Numbered from the stretch's first letter, positions 1-10,236 are shown. The stretch is DNA of 64,000 nucleotides from Candidatus Limnocylindria bacterium (GCA_038250515.1 JBBSCG010000005.1:548-64547); one strand, 5' to 3'. The notes: generated from the sequence alone by a model not told the origin. Numbers and translations are program-made.

Positions 1-40
1 GCGGGAGGAGTGTGATGTCGTCGACGGTGATGGCAGGCAT
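1..40 (-). CDS. 5' end of an unidentified gene running off the window (first 13 codons, MPAITVDDITLLP)
   Basis: ATG at 38-40 (minus strand) sits 6 nt downstream of a TTGCAT-16nt-TATGAT promoter. The fragment is too short to identify. Confidence 0.25.
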   Translation of the reverse strand, partial: MPAITVDDITLLP

Positions 41-46
41 GATCAC

Positions 47-74
47 ATCATAGCACCGATGGTTGCGGATGCAA
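47..74 (-). promoter_or_regulatory. Sigma-70-like promoter TTGCAT-16-TATGAT driving the gene that starts at 40, probably as a leaderless mRNA
   Basis: rc(69-74)=TTGCAT and rc(47-52)=TATGAT with a 16-nt spacer. Only 6 nt separate the -10 box from the ATG and there is no Shine-Dalgarno sequence. Confidence 0.4.
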
Positions 75-249
75 CTACCTGACCCTGATCCCCCAGTAGG
101 AGGGACCTTCACCCGTGACCGATACGGCGCACGCCAGACCCCGGAATCGCTCCTCGAGCTTCTCCGGATCCCACGGCACCTTCACCTCCGACATGCCAGG
201 CATCGTACCGACAACGGGTGCGTCGGCCTGTCGCCGGACCCGTCCAGGG

Positions 250-258
250 TGGCAGAAT
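250..258 (+). promoter_or_regulatory. Extended -10 element TGgCAGAAT 6 nt upstream of the chaA ATG (probable leaderless start), divergent from the promoter at 47-74
   Basis: tgg at 250-252 and cagaat at 253-258. ATG is at 265 and no SD precedes it. Confidence 0.3.
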
Positions 259-264
259 CGGCCC

Positions 265-1356
265 ATGCTCTCTCGATTCGTAGCTGCCGCCGGGCGGCAG
301 GCCCTGATCCTCGGGTCGGTTGCGGTTCTGGCGACCGTTATGTCGGCCGTGCTGCGGATGGTGGGTGCCAGCGAGATCGCGGTCTTCTTGGCCACGGCCA
401 TCGCGCTTGCCAGCCTAGCGTCGGTCGTCGGCGCGGCCACAGAGCAGCTCGGCGCACGCCTGGGACCGGGCGCGACCGGCGTGCTGCAGTCAGCGCTGGG
501 CAACCTGCCGGAGCTGTTCATCAGCATTTTCGCGCTCCAGGCCGGGCTGGTGATCGTGGTACAGACCGCGCTCATCGGCTCGATCCTGGCCAACAGCCTG
601 CTCGTGCTCGGCCTCGCCTTTTTCGTCGGGGGCGTCCGTCACGGCCCGCAGCGTTTCGGAGCCGATAGCACCCGCATGACGGCCATGCTGCTGGTGCTCT
701 CGGTGGCATCCCTCGCCATCCCGACGCTCGCCACCGCGCCGGGAGCGCCCGATGCCGGTCATGCCCGCGACCTGAGCGTGATCACCTCGCTGGTCCTGCT
801 GGTCATCTTCGTCGCCAGCATCCCGTCGTCGATCCGTGGCACCATCGGTCCCTCTCGCGAAGGGCGCACATCCGAGAGCGGCTGGCCGCTGCGAGCCTCG
901 CTCATCGTGCTCGCCATCGCCGCCCTGGGCGCCGCCCTCGTGTCCGATTGGTTCGTCGAAGCCCTGCGGCCGGCGATGGCGGGCCTGGGCCTCTCGGAGG
1001 AGTTCGTCGGCCTCGTCGTGGTGGCAATCGCGGGCAACGCAGTGGAGAACGTTGTCGGCATCACCGCCGCCGCACGGAACCAGGCCGACCTGGCCGTGAG
1101 TCTCATCCTGAACAGCAGCCTGCAGGTGGCGCTGCTGCTGGTGCCGGCACTCGTGCTGATCAGCATCCTCATCGGGGGACCAGGCCTGACCCTGGTCGCG
1201 CCACTCCTGCTGATTGCAGCGCTCGGACTTGCCGCAATCCTCGCCGCGCTGGTCGTGTTCGATGGCGAGTCGACCTATATCGAGGGCCTGGCGCTCATCG
1301 GCCTCTACATCATCATCGCCGCCAGCGTGTGGTATGGACGACCGCTGCCGGGATGA
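265..1356 (+). CDS. chaA: Ca2+/H+ antiporter, CaCA family
   Basis: Polytopic membrane protein with the two alpha-repeat signatures GNLPELF and GNAVEN. Start moved to the internal ATG at 265 (MLSRFVAAAG...); the upstream part of the 115..1356 ORF is unsupported. Confidence 0.8.
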   Translation: MLSRFVAAAGRQALILGSVAVLATVMSAVLRMVGASEIAVFLATAIALASLASVVGAATEQLGARLGPGATGVLQSALGNLPELFISIFALQAGLVIVVQTALIGSILANSLLVLGLAFFVGGVRHGPQRFGADSTRMTAMLLVLSVASLAIPTLATAPGAPDAGHARDLSVITSLVLLVIFVASIPSSIRGTIGPSREGRTSESGWPLRASLIVLAIAALGAALVSDWFVEALRPAMAGLGLSEEFVGLVVVAIAGNAVENVVGITAAARNQADLAVSLILNSSLQVALLLVPALVLISILIGGPGLTLVAPLLLIAALGLAAILAALVVFDGESTYIEGLALIGLYIIIAASVWYGRPLPG

Positions 1357-1371
1357 GGTGCAGGTCGGACA

Positions 1372-1749
1372 TCAGGCTCGCTCGGCCGGAACGCCGAGGG
1401 TGATCGCGGCCGCGATCGTGGCAACCGCCAGCGATAGGGCCTCGGCGGCGGTGAGCGCCGCATCGCCGGCGAACAGGCCGGTCGCCGCGCTGGGGATGAG
1501 GCTGAGGACGGCGGGCACGAGCGTCCAGCCCAGCACCAGCGCGGTCGGCGCCGTCGCGCCCGGTAGGCGCAGCATGCGCGTGACAACCGCGGTCAGCACA
1601 CCCAGGAACGCGGCCAGCAGCAGCACGAGAATGAGCGCCGGTTGATCCTTGGCGCCAGATGCCGCAACAAGCCGAACCAGGCCCTGCTCGGCGATCGCCA
1701 CCGCCAGCGCCAGCAACGCACCCAGCACAGCCGCACGCGCGCCGCTCAT
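1372..1749 (-). CDS. Small hydrophobic membrane protein (about 4 TM helices), hypothetical
   Basis: Internal ATG of the 1372..2097 ORF (MSGARAAVLGALLALAV...). Overlaps the stop of the upstream Mur ligase by 4 nt (coupled). Confidence 0.45.
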   Translation of the reverse strand: MSGARAAVLGALLALAVAIAEQGLVRLVAASGAKDQPALILVLLLAAFLGVLTAVVTRMLRLPGATAPTALVLGWTLVPAVLSLIPSAATGLFAGDAALTAAEALSLAVATIAAAITLGVPAERA

Positions 1750-3167
1750 GACAGCGCCCTCGGCCGATCGAGCACGCCGTCGGACAGAGCATCGGCCAAG
1801 TGTCTCGCGATGCGGTAGCTCTTGCCGGCGCCCATGACCAGCACCGCGTCGCCCGCGCGCAGGTGCTCCGCCACGTAGCGCGCGGCGGTATCGACGTCGC
1901 CACCGGCCATGGCGGACACGCCCGAGGTGCGTTCGATGGCATCGGCCACGGCTTCGGCGGATGTGACCGACGTATCCGTATCGCGGGAGGCGAAGATGTC
2001 CGCGATGACGACCTCGTCGGCATCGGTGAAGGCCTGGGCGAACTCGTCGATGAACAGCGCCGTGCGTGAGTACATGTGCGGCTCGAAGACAGCCCACAGG
2101 CGTCGGTCACCGACCTTCTGCCGAGCAGCGGCCAGCGCGGCGCGTACCTCGGTTGGATGGTGACCGTAGTCGTCGTAGACCGTCACGCCGCCAGTATCGG
2201 CGATCAGCTCCATGCGGCGTCCGGCTCCGCGGAAGGTCGCCAACGCGTCGGCGAGCGACTCGAAAGACGCTCCCAGCGTGCGTGCCAGCGCCAGCGCCGC
2301 CGTGGCATTCAGCACGTTGTGCTTTCCCGCCAGGCTCATCGCAAACCGATGACCAAACAGGGTGAACGCGGTCACCTCGCGCCCATACTCGATATCAGCG
2401 GCAGCCAGCGACGTACCCGGTCCGTAGCGCTCCACGCGGCCCGGCCAGCCGTCCAGGCGGTCCAGCAGGGCGTCAACGCCCGGATCACCCGCAGTAACCA
2501 GCAGCAGGCAGCCGCCGACGCGCTCATCGGGACGCATGCCGCGAGCGAAGCGCTCGAAGCTGTCGAGCACCGCCGCCCGGTCAGCGAAGAAGTCGGGATG
2601 ATCCATCTCAACGTTGGTCAGGATCGCCGCCGCGGGGTGGTAGTTGAGGAAGTTGTCACCGAACTCGTCCGCCTCGACCAGGAACGGCGCTCCCCTGCCC
2701 GGACGCACAGTGGCACCCCACTCGGCGATGAACGCGCCGACCTCGACGGTCGGATCGAGGCCGGCCCCGATCAGCAGGTGGCCGAGCAGCGCGGTGGTCG
2801 TCGATTTGCCATGCGTGCCGGTCACCGCCAGCCCGAGATGATCACGCTCCCCCATCAGCTCGCCGAGCAGCGTCTGCCACGGCACGACGGGGAGCCCGGC
2901 AGCATGCGCCGCGACAAGCTCCGGCAGGTCGGCATGCGCGCGCAGCGCCGGGGTGATGGCGACGCGCTGGACACCGACGAGATGCGCCGGATCGTGGCCT
3001 GTGACCCAGCGCACGCCGGCCTCGTCGAGTGGCGGCGTGTACGGCGAAGGGGCGTCGAGATCGCAGCCGTCGACGTCCGCGCCGGCGAGCGCACACAGTA
3101 GCGCCGTGCCGGCCGCGCCGGAGCCCGCGATCCCGATGAGGTGGATGCGCTCGCCGGAGCGGACCAT
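1746..3167 (-). CDS. murC: Mur ligase family protein, UDP-N-acetylmuramate--L-alanine ligase (MurC-like, possibly Mpl)
   Basis: HLIGIAGSG Rossmann N-terminus, TGTHGKSTTT P-loop, DDYGHHPTE motif. Start at ATG 3167 (MVRSGERIHLIG). Confidence 0.8.
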   Translation of the reverse strand: MVRSGERIHLIGIAGSGAAGTALLCALAGADVDGCDLDAPSPYTPPLDEAGVRWVTGHDPAHLVGVQRVAITPALRAHADLPELVAAHAAGLPVVPWQTLLGELMGERDHLGLAVTGTHGKSTTTALLGHLLIGAGLDPTVEVGAFIAEWGATVRPGRGAPFLVEADEFGDNFLNYHPAAAILTNVEMDHPDFFADRAAVLDSFERFARGMRPDERVGGCLLLVTAGDPGVDALLDRLDGWPGRVERYGPGTSLAAADIEYGREVTAFTLFGHRFAMSLAGKHNVLNATAALALARTLGASFESLADALATFRGAGRRMELIADTGGVTVYDDYGHHPTEVRAALAAARQKVGDRRLWAVFEPHMYSRTALFIDEFAQAFTDADEVVIADIFASRDTDTSVTSAEAVADAIERTSGVSAMAGGDVDTAARYVAEHLRAGDAVLVMGAGKSYRIARHLADALSDGVLDRPRALS

Positions 3168-3171
3168 GTGG

Positions 3172-3678
3172 CTACTCCCCCGCCGCGAGCTGGAGCATGG
3201 CAAGCGCCGACGCACGCTTGTTACCGCCCCGGTCGTGCGCAAAGACATGCCGCTCGACCTGCGGCTCCACGCCACGCCGCGCGGCGGCGACGTACACCAG
3301 GCCGACGGGCTTGGTCGGCGTACCGCCGTCCGGCCCGGCGATGCCGGTCACCGCGACGCCCAGATCCACCTCGAAGCGCCTGCGCACACCCTCGGCCATC
3401 GCTGCAGCCACCTCGGCCGACACGACACCATGCCGGGCGATCAGTTTGTGCGGCACGCCCAGCTCGATCTCCTTGACGCGGTCCGCGTAGCAGATCACGC
3501 CGCCGACGTAGTACTCGCTCGATCCGGGAACGGACGTGATGGCGTGACCGACCAGGCCGCCCGTGCAGGACTCGGCGGTTGCCAGCTGCCATGCTCGAGC
3601 GCGCAGCGCCCGACCGAGCTGTTCGGCAGCGGCCACGAGCACCTCGTAGCTCGGCGGAGAAGGCGGAGGCGGCGGCAT
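3172..3678 (-). CDS. pncC: CinA C-terminal domain protein / nicotinamide-nucleotide amidohydrolase PncC
   Basis: ATAESCTGGL...GVAVTGIAGP motifs typical of the CinA_C family. Start at internal ATG 3678. Confidence 0.8.
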   Translation of the reverse strand: MPPPPPSPPSYEVLVAAAEQLGRALRARAWQLATAESCTGGLVGHAITSVPGSSEYYVGGVICYADRVKEIELGVPHKLIARHGVVSAEVAAAMAEGVRRRFEVDLGVAVTGIAGPDGGTPTKPVGLVYVAAARRGVEPQVERHVFAHDRGGNKRASALAMLQLAAGE

Positions 3679-3682
3679 CGGT

Positions 3683-4171
3683 CTAGCGGTAGTTCTGAAA
3701 CTGCAGCTCGACCGGGTAGTCAAGGTCACGCAGAAAGCCGATCACGTACTGCAGGTCGTCCTTGCTCTTGGCGCTGACCCGCACCGAATCACCCTGGATC
3801 GATGGCTTGGTCTTCGGGAACTGCTCACGAATCTTCTTGGAGAGCTCCTTGGTCTGCTCGCTGGTCAGCCCACGCTTCAGGCCAATCTGCTGACGAACCG
3901 TGCCACCCGCGGCCGGCTCGAACTTGCCCCAGTCGAAGATCTTCAGCGACAGGCCGCGCCGCACCGCCTTCGACTGCAGGAGGTCCTTGATCGCGTTGGC
4001 GTGGTACTCGTCGGCCGTCTGGAGCGTGATCTCCTCCTTGCCCAGCTCGAGCGACGAGTGGCTGTTCTTGAGGTCGTAGCGCGCCCCGATCTCGCGGCGT
4101 ACCTGGTCGAGTGCGTTCACCAGCTCCTGCTGGTCGAACTCGCTGACGACGTCGAACGAAGACTCGGCCAT
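3683..4171 (-). CDS. yajQ: YajQ family (UPF0234) nucleotide-binding protein
   Basis: 162 aa, MAESSFDVVSEFD...QFQNYR. The full length resembles YajQ. Confidence 0.85.
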   Translation of the reverse strand: MAESSFDVVSEFDQQELVNALDQVRREIGARYDLKNSHSSLELGKEEITLQTADEYHANAIKDLLQSKAVRRGLSLKIFDWGKFEPAAGGTVRQQIGLKRGLTSEQTKELSKKIREQFPKTKPSIQGDSVRVSAKSKDDLQYVIGFLRDLDYPVELQFQNYR

Positions 4172-4192
4172 GGCTCTCCTGTTCCTGGTTGC

Positions 4193-5470
4193 TTACCGAT
4201 TCCGCGTGATGATCCAGTCGACGACCGCGCCGGCTCCCCCCATCTGACCGATACGGACGCCGTTGATGGTGACGTCGACGGCTGCGGCGTTGCCGGCACG
4301 CAGGCGAATCTGCGTGCCCGCCTTGACGTTGATTTTCTCGCCGGGCTGGCTGATCTGCCCCGATACGCCGGCCTTCGGCTTGCCGTCCTCGATGACCTCG
4401 AGGTACGACTGGGCGCCACCGATGCTGATCGTCCCATTCAGGCCCGTCGGCGACGTGACCGTCACCTGGCGAACGATTGGCCCGCCCTGCGCCGGAGCGA
4501 TGTGCAGCTCCCAGCTGCCCGCCGGCAGCTGCAGCTTCGTCGAGAACGCGCCGGTCGCGTCCGCCTTCAGCGCGAGCGGTTTGGGTGCCTTCGGCGCCAG
4601 CAGCTTCACCGACCGATTCGCCCCAGTGACAACCGTAAAGGCAGGATTGCCGGCCTTGACCAGGCGCGCGCTGACGGTCAGCGCAGCATTCGGCGATGCG
4701 CTGCCCGAGACGGACACGGCGCCGCTCGAAGTCGCCTTGTCCGCGGGCTCGACCAGCGTCAGCTGTGCTGCCGGGGACTGACTCGGCTGCAGCGTGACGA
4801 CCTGGATGGTGCGCGTCTCCTCTTCGCTGTCACGCTTGGTCAGCGGGTCGCTGGCGGTGAGCCTGATCACATTCGATCCGGGAAGCAGCTTCACGTGGAT
4901 GGCGAAGTTGCCGTCGTCATCTGCCGTGACCGTTGGGTTCTCGGTCAAATCCTTGACCGTGATTCGCGAGTTGGCCGGCGCCACGCCGCGCACCGTGTAC
5001 TCGAGCTCGTGATAGGCGGCGACATCCCCCGCCGGTTCCGTGATCCGCAGCTCGGGCGTGCGCGCGAAGGTGATCAGCTCGCGACCGAGGTAGTAGACGA
5101 ACGCGACGACCGCGACCGTCAAGATCGCGGCGGCGACCGCACCCGGCGTCAGCACGAAGGCGCGCGAGCGACGGACGGCGATCGGTCGCGGCGGCGGCGC
5201 GAGGCCGCGACGATCCGGCTGCGCGGCGGCACTCTCGAGTCGATACAGGTCGATCAGGTACTCCGGGTCGAGACCGAGGTACAGGCCGTAGTTGCGCAGG
5301 AATCCCTTGGTGTAGACCGATCCGGGCAGATCACGGTACGTGCCCGTCTCGAGCGCCGAGAGGTAGCGCGCGCGGATCTTGGTATCGCGCTCGACGCGTG
5401 GCAGGTCGACGCCCTTCGCTTCGCGTGCGGAACGCAGCACCTCACCGAGCCTGTGCAGCTCGCCGCTCAC
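4193..5470 (-). CDS. rodZ: RodZ-like cytoskeleton protein (HTH_XRE + TM + DUF4115)
   Basis: N-terminal HTH (LGEVLRSAREAKGVDLPRVERDTKIRARYLSALE), a single TM helix, an Ig-like middle region and a C-terminal RodZ_C-like domain. Confidence 0.7.
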   Translation of the reverse strand: MSGELHRLGEVLRSAREAKGVDLPRVERDTKIRARYLSALETGTYRDLPGSVYTKGFLRNYGLYLGLDPEYLIDLYRLESAAAQPDRRGLAPPPRPIAVRRSRAFVLTPGAVAAAILTVAVVAFVYYLGRELITFARTPELRITEPAGDVAAYHELEYTVRGVAPANSRITVKDLTENPTVTADDDGNFAIHVKLLPGSNVIRLTASDPLTKRDSEEETRTIQVVTLQPSQSPAAQLTLVEPADKATSSGAVSVSGSASPNAALTVSARLVKAGNPAFTVVTGANRSVKLLAPKAPKPLALKADATGAFSTKLQLPAGSWELHIAPAQGGPIVRQVTVTSPTGLNGTISIGGAQSYLEVIEDGKPKAGVSGQISQPGEKINVKAGTQIRLRAGNAAAVDVTINGVRIGQMGGAGAVVDWIITRNR

Positions 5471-7854
5471 GCCTCGTCCTCGTCGGGTGCCACGTCACCA
5501 CCCCAGCCGTCGGGCGTGACCAGCACCTCACGGAAGCGGCTGCCGTCTGCGGCGCCGACGATGCCGCGATCCTCCATCTGGTCGAGGATGCGCGCCGCCC
5601 GTGCGTAGCCAACGCGCAGCCGTCGCTGCAGCAGTGACGCGGAAGCCTTGTCGGAGCGACGCACGAGGTCGATCGCCTGGCTGAGCAGGGCATCGGCGTC
5701 GTCTTCCTCGTCTCCCTCACCCGGGTGACCACCCGACCGGCCGTCGCGCTTCGGCGCCGTGATCTCCGGCCGATATTGCGGCCCGCCCTGTGCGCGCCAG
5801 TGGCGCGCGAGCTCCTCGATCTCGGCATCGGTGACCAGGACGCCCTGCAGGCGCACGGCACGCGGCGCATCGATCGGCTGGTACAGCATGTCGCCGCGAC
5901 CCAGCAGGTCTTCAGCGCCCACGGTATCGAGGATGGTGCGCGAGTCCGTGCCGCTGGTCATGGCGAACGCGATGCGCGACGGTATGTTGGCCTTGATCAG
6001 GCCGGTGATGACCTGCACGCTCGGGCGCTGCGTGGCCACCACCAGGTGGATGCCGGTGGCGCGAGCGAGCTGCGCGATGCGGGTGATGGTCGCCTCCACC
6101 TCGTAGGCGCTGACCATCATCAGGTCCGCTAGCTCGTCGATGATGATCACCAGGTACGGCATCCGCGGCTCCCCGGCCCGCAGCGCCTCGTTGTAGCCGG
6201 CGATATTGCGCACGCCGCGCTGCGCGAACTCGTGGTAGCGGCTCTCCATGGTGCCCACGGTCCACTTCAACGCATTGACCGCTTTGTTCGGCTCGACGAT
6301 CACTTCGCACAACAGGTGCGGAATGCCCTTGTATTGCGCCAGCTCGACGCGTTTGGGATCGACCAGGATCAGCTTGACCTCGGCCGGGCTGGCGTTCATC
6401 AAAAACGAGCAGATGAGCGCGTTGACGCACACGCTCTTGCCCGATCCGGTCGCTCCGGCAATCAGGACGTGCGGCATCCTGGACAGGTCCGCGCTGAAGG
6501 GCCGGCCGGCCACGTCCTGGCCGAGCGCGAAGGCCAGCTTTGATTTCGTGCTCGCCTCGTTGAAGTTCTTGCTGGCCAGGACCTCCTTGAGCGTCACCAG
6601 GTCGAACGCGTTGTTCGGGATCTCGATACCGACGTACGGCTCGCCGGGGATCGGCGCCTGGATGCGGAGCGAGCGCGCGGCAAGCGCCAGCGCGAGGTTG
6701 TCGGCGAGCCCCTCGATGCGGCTCAGCTTGATGCCCGGCTCGACGTCGAGGGCGTACTGGGTGACCACCGGCCCTTCCTGGATGCGGGCAACCTTGACGC
6801 CGATCTTGAAGTTGGCAAGCGTCTCGCGGATGCGCTGCCCCTTGGCGGTCAGGTCCATCTGGGCCGCACTCGACTCCGGCGCGTCCGTCAGCTGCTCCAT
6901 GCGCGGCAGGTCCCACACCCGCTGTATTGCCTCGAGCGCGGCGTCGTTGGTCTGCTCGGGCAGAACTGCGCCGGCCTCTGCCAGGTGCGCCTCCTCGTCC
7001 GTCTCGAGATCGGTCCCGAGTTCGTCGGCCGGCACCGCATCCCCTGACATCGGGATAATCGTGACCGGCCGTGGTGCAGGCGGACGGCTGCCGTTGGCAC
7101 GGGCCCCCGGACGCTGGCGACGCAGGATCACCGGCGGCTCATCCTGCTCGCCGATGCCGCCGAGCGCGCCGCGCATTCGCTGCAGCAGCCCGGGCTTCGG
7201 CTCGACCGATGCCGACCCATCCTCGGGCTGCATCCCGCGACCACTGCGCTCCGGGCCGTCGCCGCGGCGAGACTCCGCCTCGGCCAGCTCGGCCCGATCC
7301 TCGCGGCGCTCCAGGTAGGCCGCAACCACGTCGCCGAGGGTCATGTTGAAATAGAGCAGCAGACCGACCGCCAGCAGCAGCACCAGCACGACCCACGCGC
7401 CGACGGTTCCCACGGCACCGCTGACGGCGGCGCTCACCGCGAAGCCGATGGCACCGCCGCCGGCTCCTGCGGCCACCGCAGCTTCCCCGTGGCCGTCGCC
7501 GAGATGGAACATTCCCAGCAGCGACAGCGCAACGAGCGCCGCGCCGCTGGCGGCCATCCAACGCTCCGCCGGCATGGCCTTCATCCAGAGCATCAGCGCG
7601 AAGCCCGCCAGCAGCGGCGCGGCGAAGGCGATGCCCCAGCCCAAGGAGCGTGCCAGCAGGTCGTGCCACGGCCGAACGATGGCGCCCGCATCGGGGGCGA
7701 ACAGCGCGATGACGCTGATGATCGCCAGAAAGACGAGCACCAGCGCAAGCACCTCGCGCACGAGCCGTCCGCTGACACGCACCGTGCTGGCGGCGCGGCG
7801 GCGGCGGCGCGTGGTTCGGCGACGGCGGGTGGCGGTCCCTCGGCGACTCGTCAC
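5467..7854 (-). CDS. ftsK: DNA translocase FtsK/SpoIIIE
   Basis: N-terminal TM helices, a Pro/Gly linker, the AAA motor (GATGSGKSV Walker A, IIDELADLM Walker B) and a C-terminal gamma wHTH domain. Confidence 0.9.
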   Translation of the reverse strand: MTSRRGTATRRRRTTRRRRRAASTVRVSGRLVREVLALVLVFLAIISVIALFAPDAGAIVRPWHDLLARSLGWGIAFAAPLLAGFALMLWMKAMPAERWMAASGAALVALSLLGMFHLGDGHGEAAVAAGAGGGAIGFAVSAAVSGAVGTVGAWVVLVLLLAVGLLLYFNMTLGDVVAAYLERREDRAELAEAESRRGDGPERSGRGMQPEDGSASVEPKPGLLQRMRGALGGIGEQDEPPVILRRQRPGARANGSRPPAPRPVTIIPMSGDAVPADELGTDLETDEEAHLAEAGAVLPEQTNDAALEAIQRVWDLPRMEQLTDAPESSAAQMDLTAKGQRIRETLANFKIGVKVARIQEGPVVTQYALDVEPGIKLSRIEGLADNLALALAARSLRIQAPIPGEPYVGIEIPNNAFDLVTLKEVLASKNFNEASTKSKLAFALGQDVAGRPFSADLSRMPHVLIAGATGSGKSVCVNALICSFLMNASPAEVKLILVDPKRVELAQYKGIPHLLCEVIVEPNKAVNALKWTVGTMESRYHEFAQRGVRNIAGYNEALRAGEPRMPYLVIIIDELADLMMVSAYEVEATITRIAQLARATGIHLVVATQRPSVQVITGLIKANIPSRIAFAMTSGTDSRTILDTVGAEDLLGRGDMLYQPIDAPRAVRLQGVLVTDAEIEELARHWRAQGGPQYRPEITAPKRDGRSGGHPGEGDEEDDADALLSQAIDLVRRSDKASASLLQRRLRVGYARAARILDQMEDRGIVGAADGSRFREVLVTPDGWGGDVAPDEDEA

Positions 7855-7862
7855 GTCGGCGT

Positions 7863-9527
7863 TTAGACCTCCATGACGATGGGCAGGATCATCGGTCGGC
7901 GCTTGGTCCGATCGAAGAAGAAGCGCGACAGGGTGTCACGAATCTTGGCCTTGAGGTAGCCCGCCTCAGCCGCATGCGCATCGTTGGGCGCCTGGCGCAG
8001 CGCGCCCGCCAGGTGCGCACGGGCGGCCTCCATGACGGGATCGTTCGGATCGGACAGGAAGCCGCGGCCGATGAGGTCGGGGCCGCTGACGGCCTGGCCG
8101 GTCTGGCCGTCTACGGTCAAGGCGACCATCACCACCCCGTCGCTGGCCAGCATCCGTCGATCGCGCAGCACGACGCCGTCGATCCCATCGATGGTCGCGA
8201 TGCCGTCCACCAGGACGGCGCCCGCCGGCACGCTGCCGGCCAAACGGGCCCGCTTACCGTCGAACTCGACCGTCTGGCCATTCTCCAGGACGAAGATCTT
8301 ATCCACCTCGACGCCGGCACCCTCGGCCAGCAGGGCGTGCTGTACCAGCATCCGGTACTCGCCGTGCACCGGAATGAAGTGGCGCGGCTTGACCAGGCCG
8401 AGCATCAGCTTGAGCTCCTCGCGGGAGCCGTGGCCTGACACGTGGCAGTGCTGCATCGGCTCGTACATGACCATCGCGCCCTCTTTGAACAGGTTGTCGA
8501 TGGTCTTGGCCACCGCCTCCTCGTTGCCCGGAATCGGCGATGCCGAGACGATGACGGTGTCACCCGGCTCGATGGTGATGTTGCGGTGGTCACGGTTGCT
8601 CATGCGGGTGAGCCCCGACATCGGCTCACCCTGCGAGCCCGTGGTCATGACCACCAGCTTGTCCTTCGGCAGCCGCTGCAGCTGGTCCTTCTTGACCAGC
8701 GTTCCGTCGCGCGGATTGAGGTAGCCGAGCTCCACGGCGATCGCGGTGTTCTGCTCCATGCTGCGCCCGAGGGTGACCATCTTGCGACCGTCCTGCGCCG
8801 CAGCGTCGACCACCTGCTGGATGCGCCCGATATTGCTGGCGAACGTCGCCACGATCACGCGCCCCGGCGCCTCGCCGATGAGCCGATCGAGCGAGTTCCC
8901 GACGGTCGACTCCGACAGGGTGTAGCCCTCGCGCTCGGCGCGGGTCGAGTCGGACAACAGGAACTCGACTCCGTGATTGCCGATCTCGGCGATGAGGCCC
9001 AGATCGGCGCGGCGGCCGTCCGGCGGATTGAGGTCGAACTTGAAGTCGCCGGTGTGCACGACGGTGCCGAGCGGCGTGCGAATCGCGTAGCCGACACCGT
9101 CGGGAATCGAGTGGTTGACCCGAAAGGCGGTGACGCTGAAGCCGCCGATGCGCACCTCCACGCCGGGCTCGACCTGGTGCTGGCGCGTCATCTCCAGCAG
9201 CCGATGCTCCTTGAGCTTGCCGGTGATCAGGCCCTGGGTCAGCTTCGTGGCATAGATCGGGGTGCCGGGGATCTTGGGCAGCACGTACGGCAACGCACCG
9301 GTGTGGTCCTCGTGTCCGTGCGTGATGAAGATCGCGCGCACGCGGTCTCGGTTCTGCTCGAGATACGTCACATCGGGAATGACGAGATCGATGCCGAGCA
9401 TCTCGGGCTCGGGAAAGGCGAGCCCGCAATCGACAACCAGGATCTCCCCGGCGGCCTCGATGACCGTGATGTTCTTGCCGACCTCGCCCACCCCACCAAG
9501 CGGGGTGATGCGCAGGGTGTCTGTCAT
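7863..9527 (-). CDS. rnj: Ribonuclease J
   Basis: Metallo-beta-lactamase HxHxDH (ITHGHEDHTGALP), beta-CASP and RNase J C-terminal domains. 554 aa. Confidence 0.9.
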   Translation of the reverse strand: MTDTLRITPLGGVGEVGKNITVIEAAGEILVVDCGLAFPEPEMLGIDLVIPDVTYLEQNRDRVRAIFITHGHEDHTGALPYVLPKIPGTPIYATKLTQGLITGKLKEHRLLEMTRQHQVEPGVEVRIGGFSVTAFRVNHSIPDGVGYAIRTPLGTVVHTGDFKFDLNPPDGRRADLGLIAEIGNHGVEFLLSDSTRAEREGYTLSESTVGNSLDRLIGEAPGRVIVATFASNIGRIQQVVDAAAQDGRKMVTLGRSMEQNTAIAVELGYLNPRDGTLVKKDQLQRLPKDKLVVMTTGSQGEPMSGLTRMSNRDHRNITIEPGDTVIVSASPIPGNEEAVAKTIDNLFKEGAMVMYEPMQHCHVSGHGSREELKLMLGLVKPRHFIPVHGEYRMLVQHALLAEGAGVEVDKIFVLENGQTVEFDGKRARLAGSVPAGAVLVDGIATIDGIDGVVLRDRRMLASDGVVMVALTVDGQTGQAVSGPDLIGRGFLSDPNDPVMEAARAHLAGALRQAPNDAHAAEAGYLKAKIRDTLSRFFFDRTKRRPMILPIVMEV

Positions 9528-9534
9528 GGTGCTC

Positions 9535-10200
9535 CTAGAAGAGAGTCAGCTGTTGCCCTGCGTCCGGCTGCTGATCGGCGCCGGACGGCGCCTCGAGCTG
9601 GATTGACTTGACTGATGCCGCCCGCTCGGCCTCCATGGCCTGTCGAGCGTCACGCAGCGCCACCGGCAGCCTGCTGATGTCACGGAAGAGCGTCTCCCGC
9701 AGGGAAGCCTGGTGCAACGCCGCCGCAGGATGGTACATCGGAAAGATGTGGCGCCCGCCCGATGTTTGAACCTGCCCGTGCACCGAGGATATCCGCGAGC
9801 CCGGCAGGTAGCGCTGCAGCGAGACGCGCCCGAGGGTGACGATCACTGCCGGATCCAGCGCCCCCTCCTGTCGTTCCAGGAACATGCCGCAGGCCGCGAC
9901 CTCGCGTGGCTCCGGGTCGCGGTTGCCCGGCGGCCGGCATTTCACCACGTTGGTGATGAACACGTCGGACCTCGCCCAACCGATGCTGCGCAGCAGCTCG
10001 TCGAGCAGCTGGCCAGCCGGCCCGACGAACGGACGTCCGGTCGCGTCCTCGCGCGCGCCCGGGCCCTCGCCGACGAGCAGCACGTACGAGAGCGGGTTGC
10101 CCTCACCCGGGACGGCACGGGTTCGCCGTTGGCTCAGGGCGCAACGCGTGCAGTCGCGAGCCTCCTCGGCGACCCTTGCGAGCAGCGCCTCGGTGCTCAT
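9535..10200 (-). CDS. udg: Uracil-DNA glycosylase family 4 (4Fe-4S)
   Basis: CxxC...GEGPG...HPAAAL family-4 UDG motifs. Start at internal ATG 10200 with a GGAGGG SD; the upstream portion of the 9535..10551 ORF is rejected. Confidence 0.8.
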   Translation of the reverse strand: MSTEALLARVAEEARDCTRCALSQRRTRAVPGEGNPLSYVLLVGEGPGAREDATGRPFVGPAGQLLDELLRSIGWARSDVFITNVVKCRPPGNRDPEPREVAACGMFLERQEGALDPAVIVTLGRVSLQRYLPGSRISSVHGQVQTSGGRHIFPMYHPAAALHQASLRETLFRDISRLPVALRDARQAMEAERAASVKSIQLEAPSGADQQPDAGQQLTLF

Positions 10201-10236
10201 CGACCTGTGCCGCCCTCCGTGGTGCGGTTGGGAACT

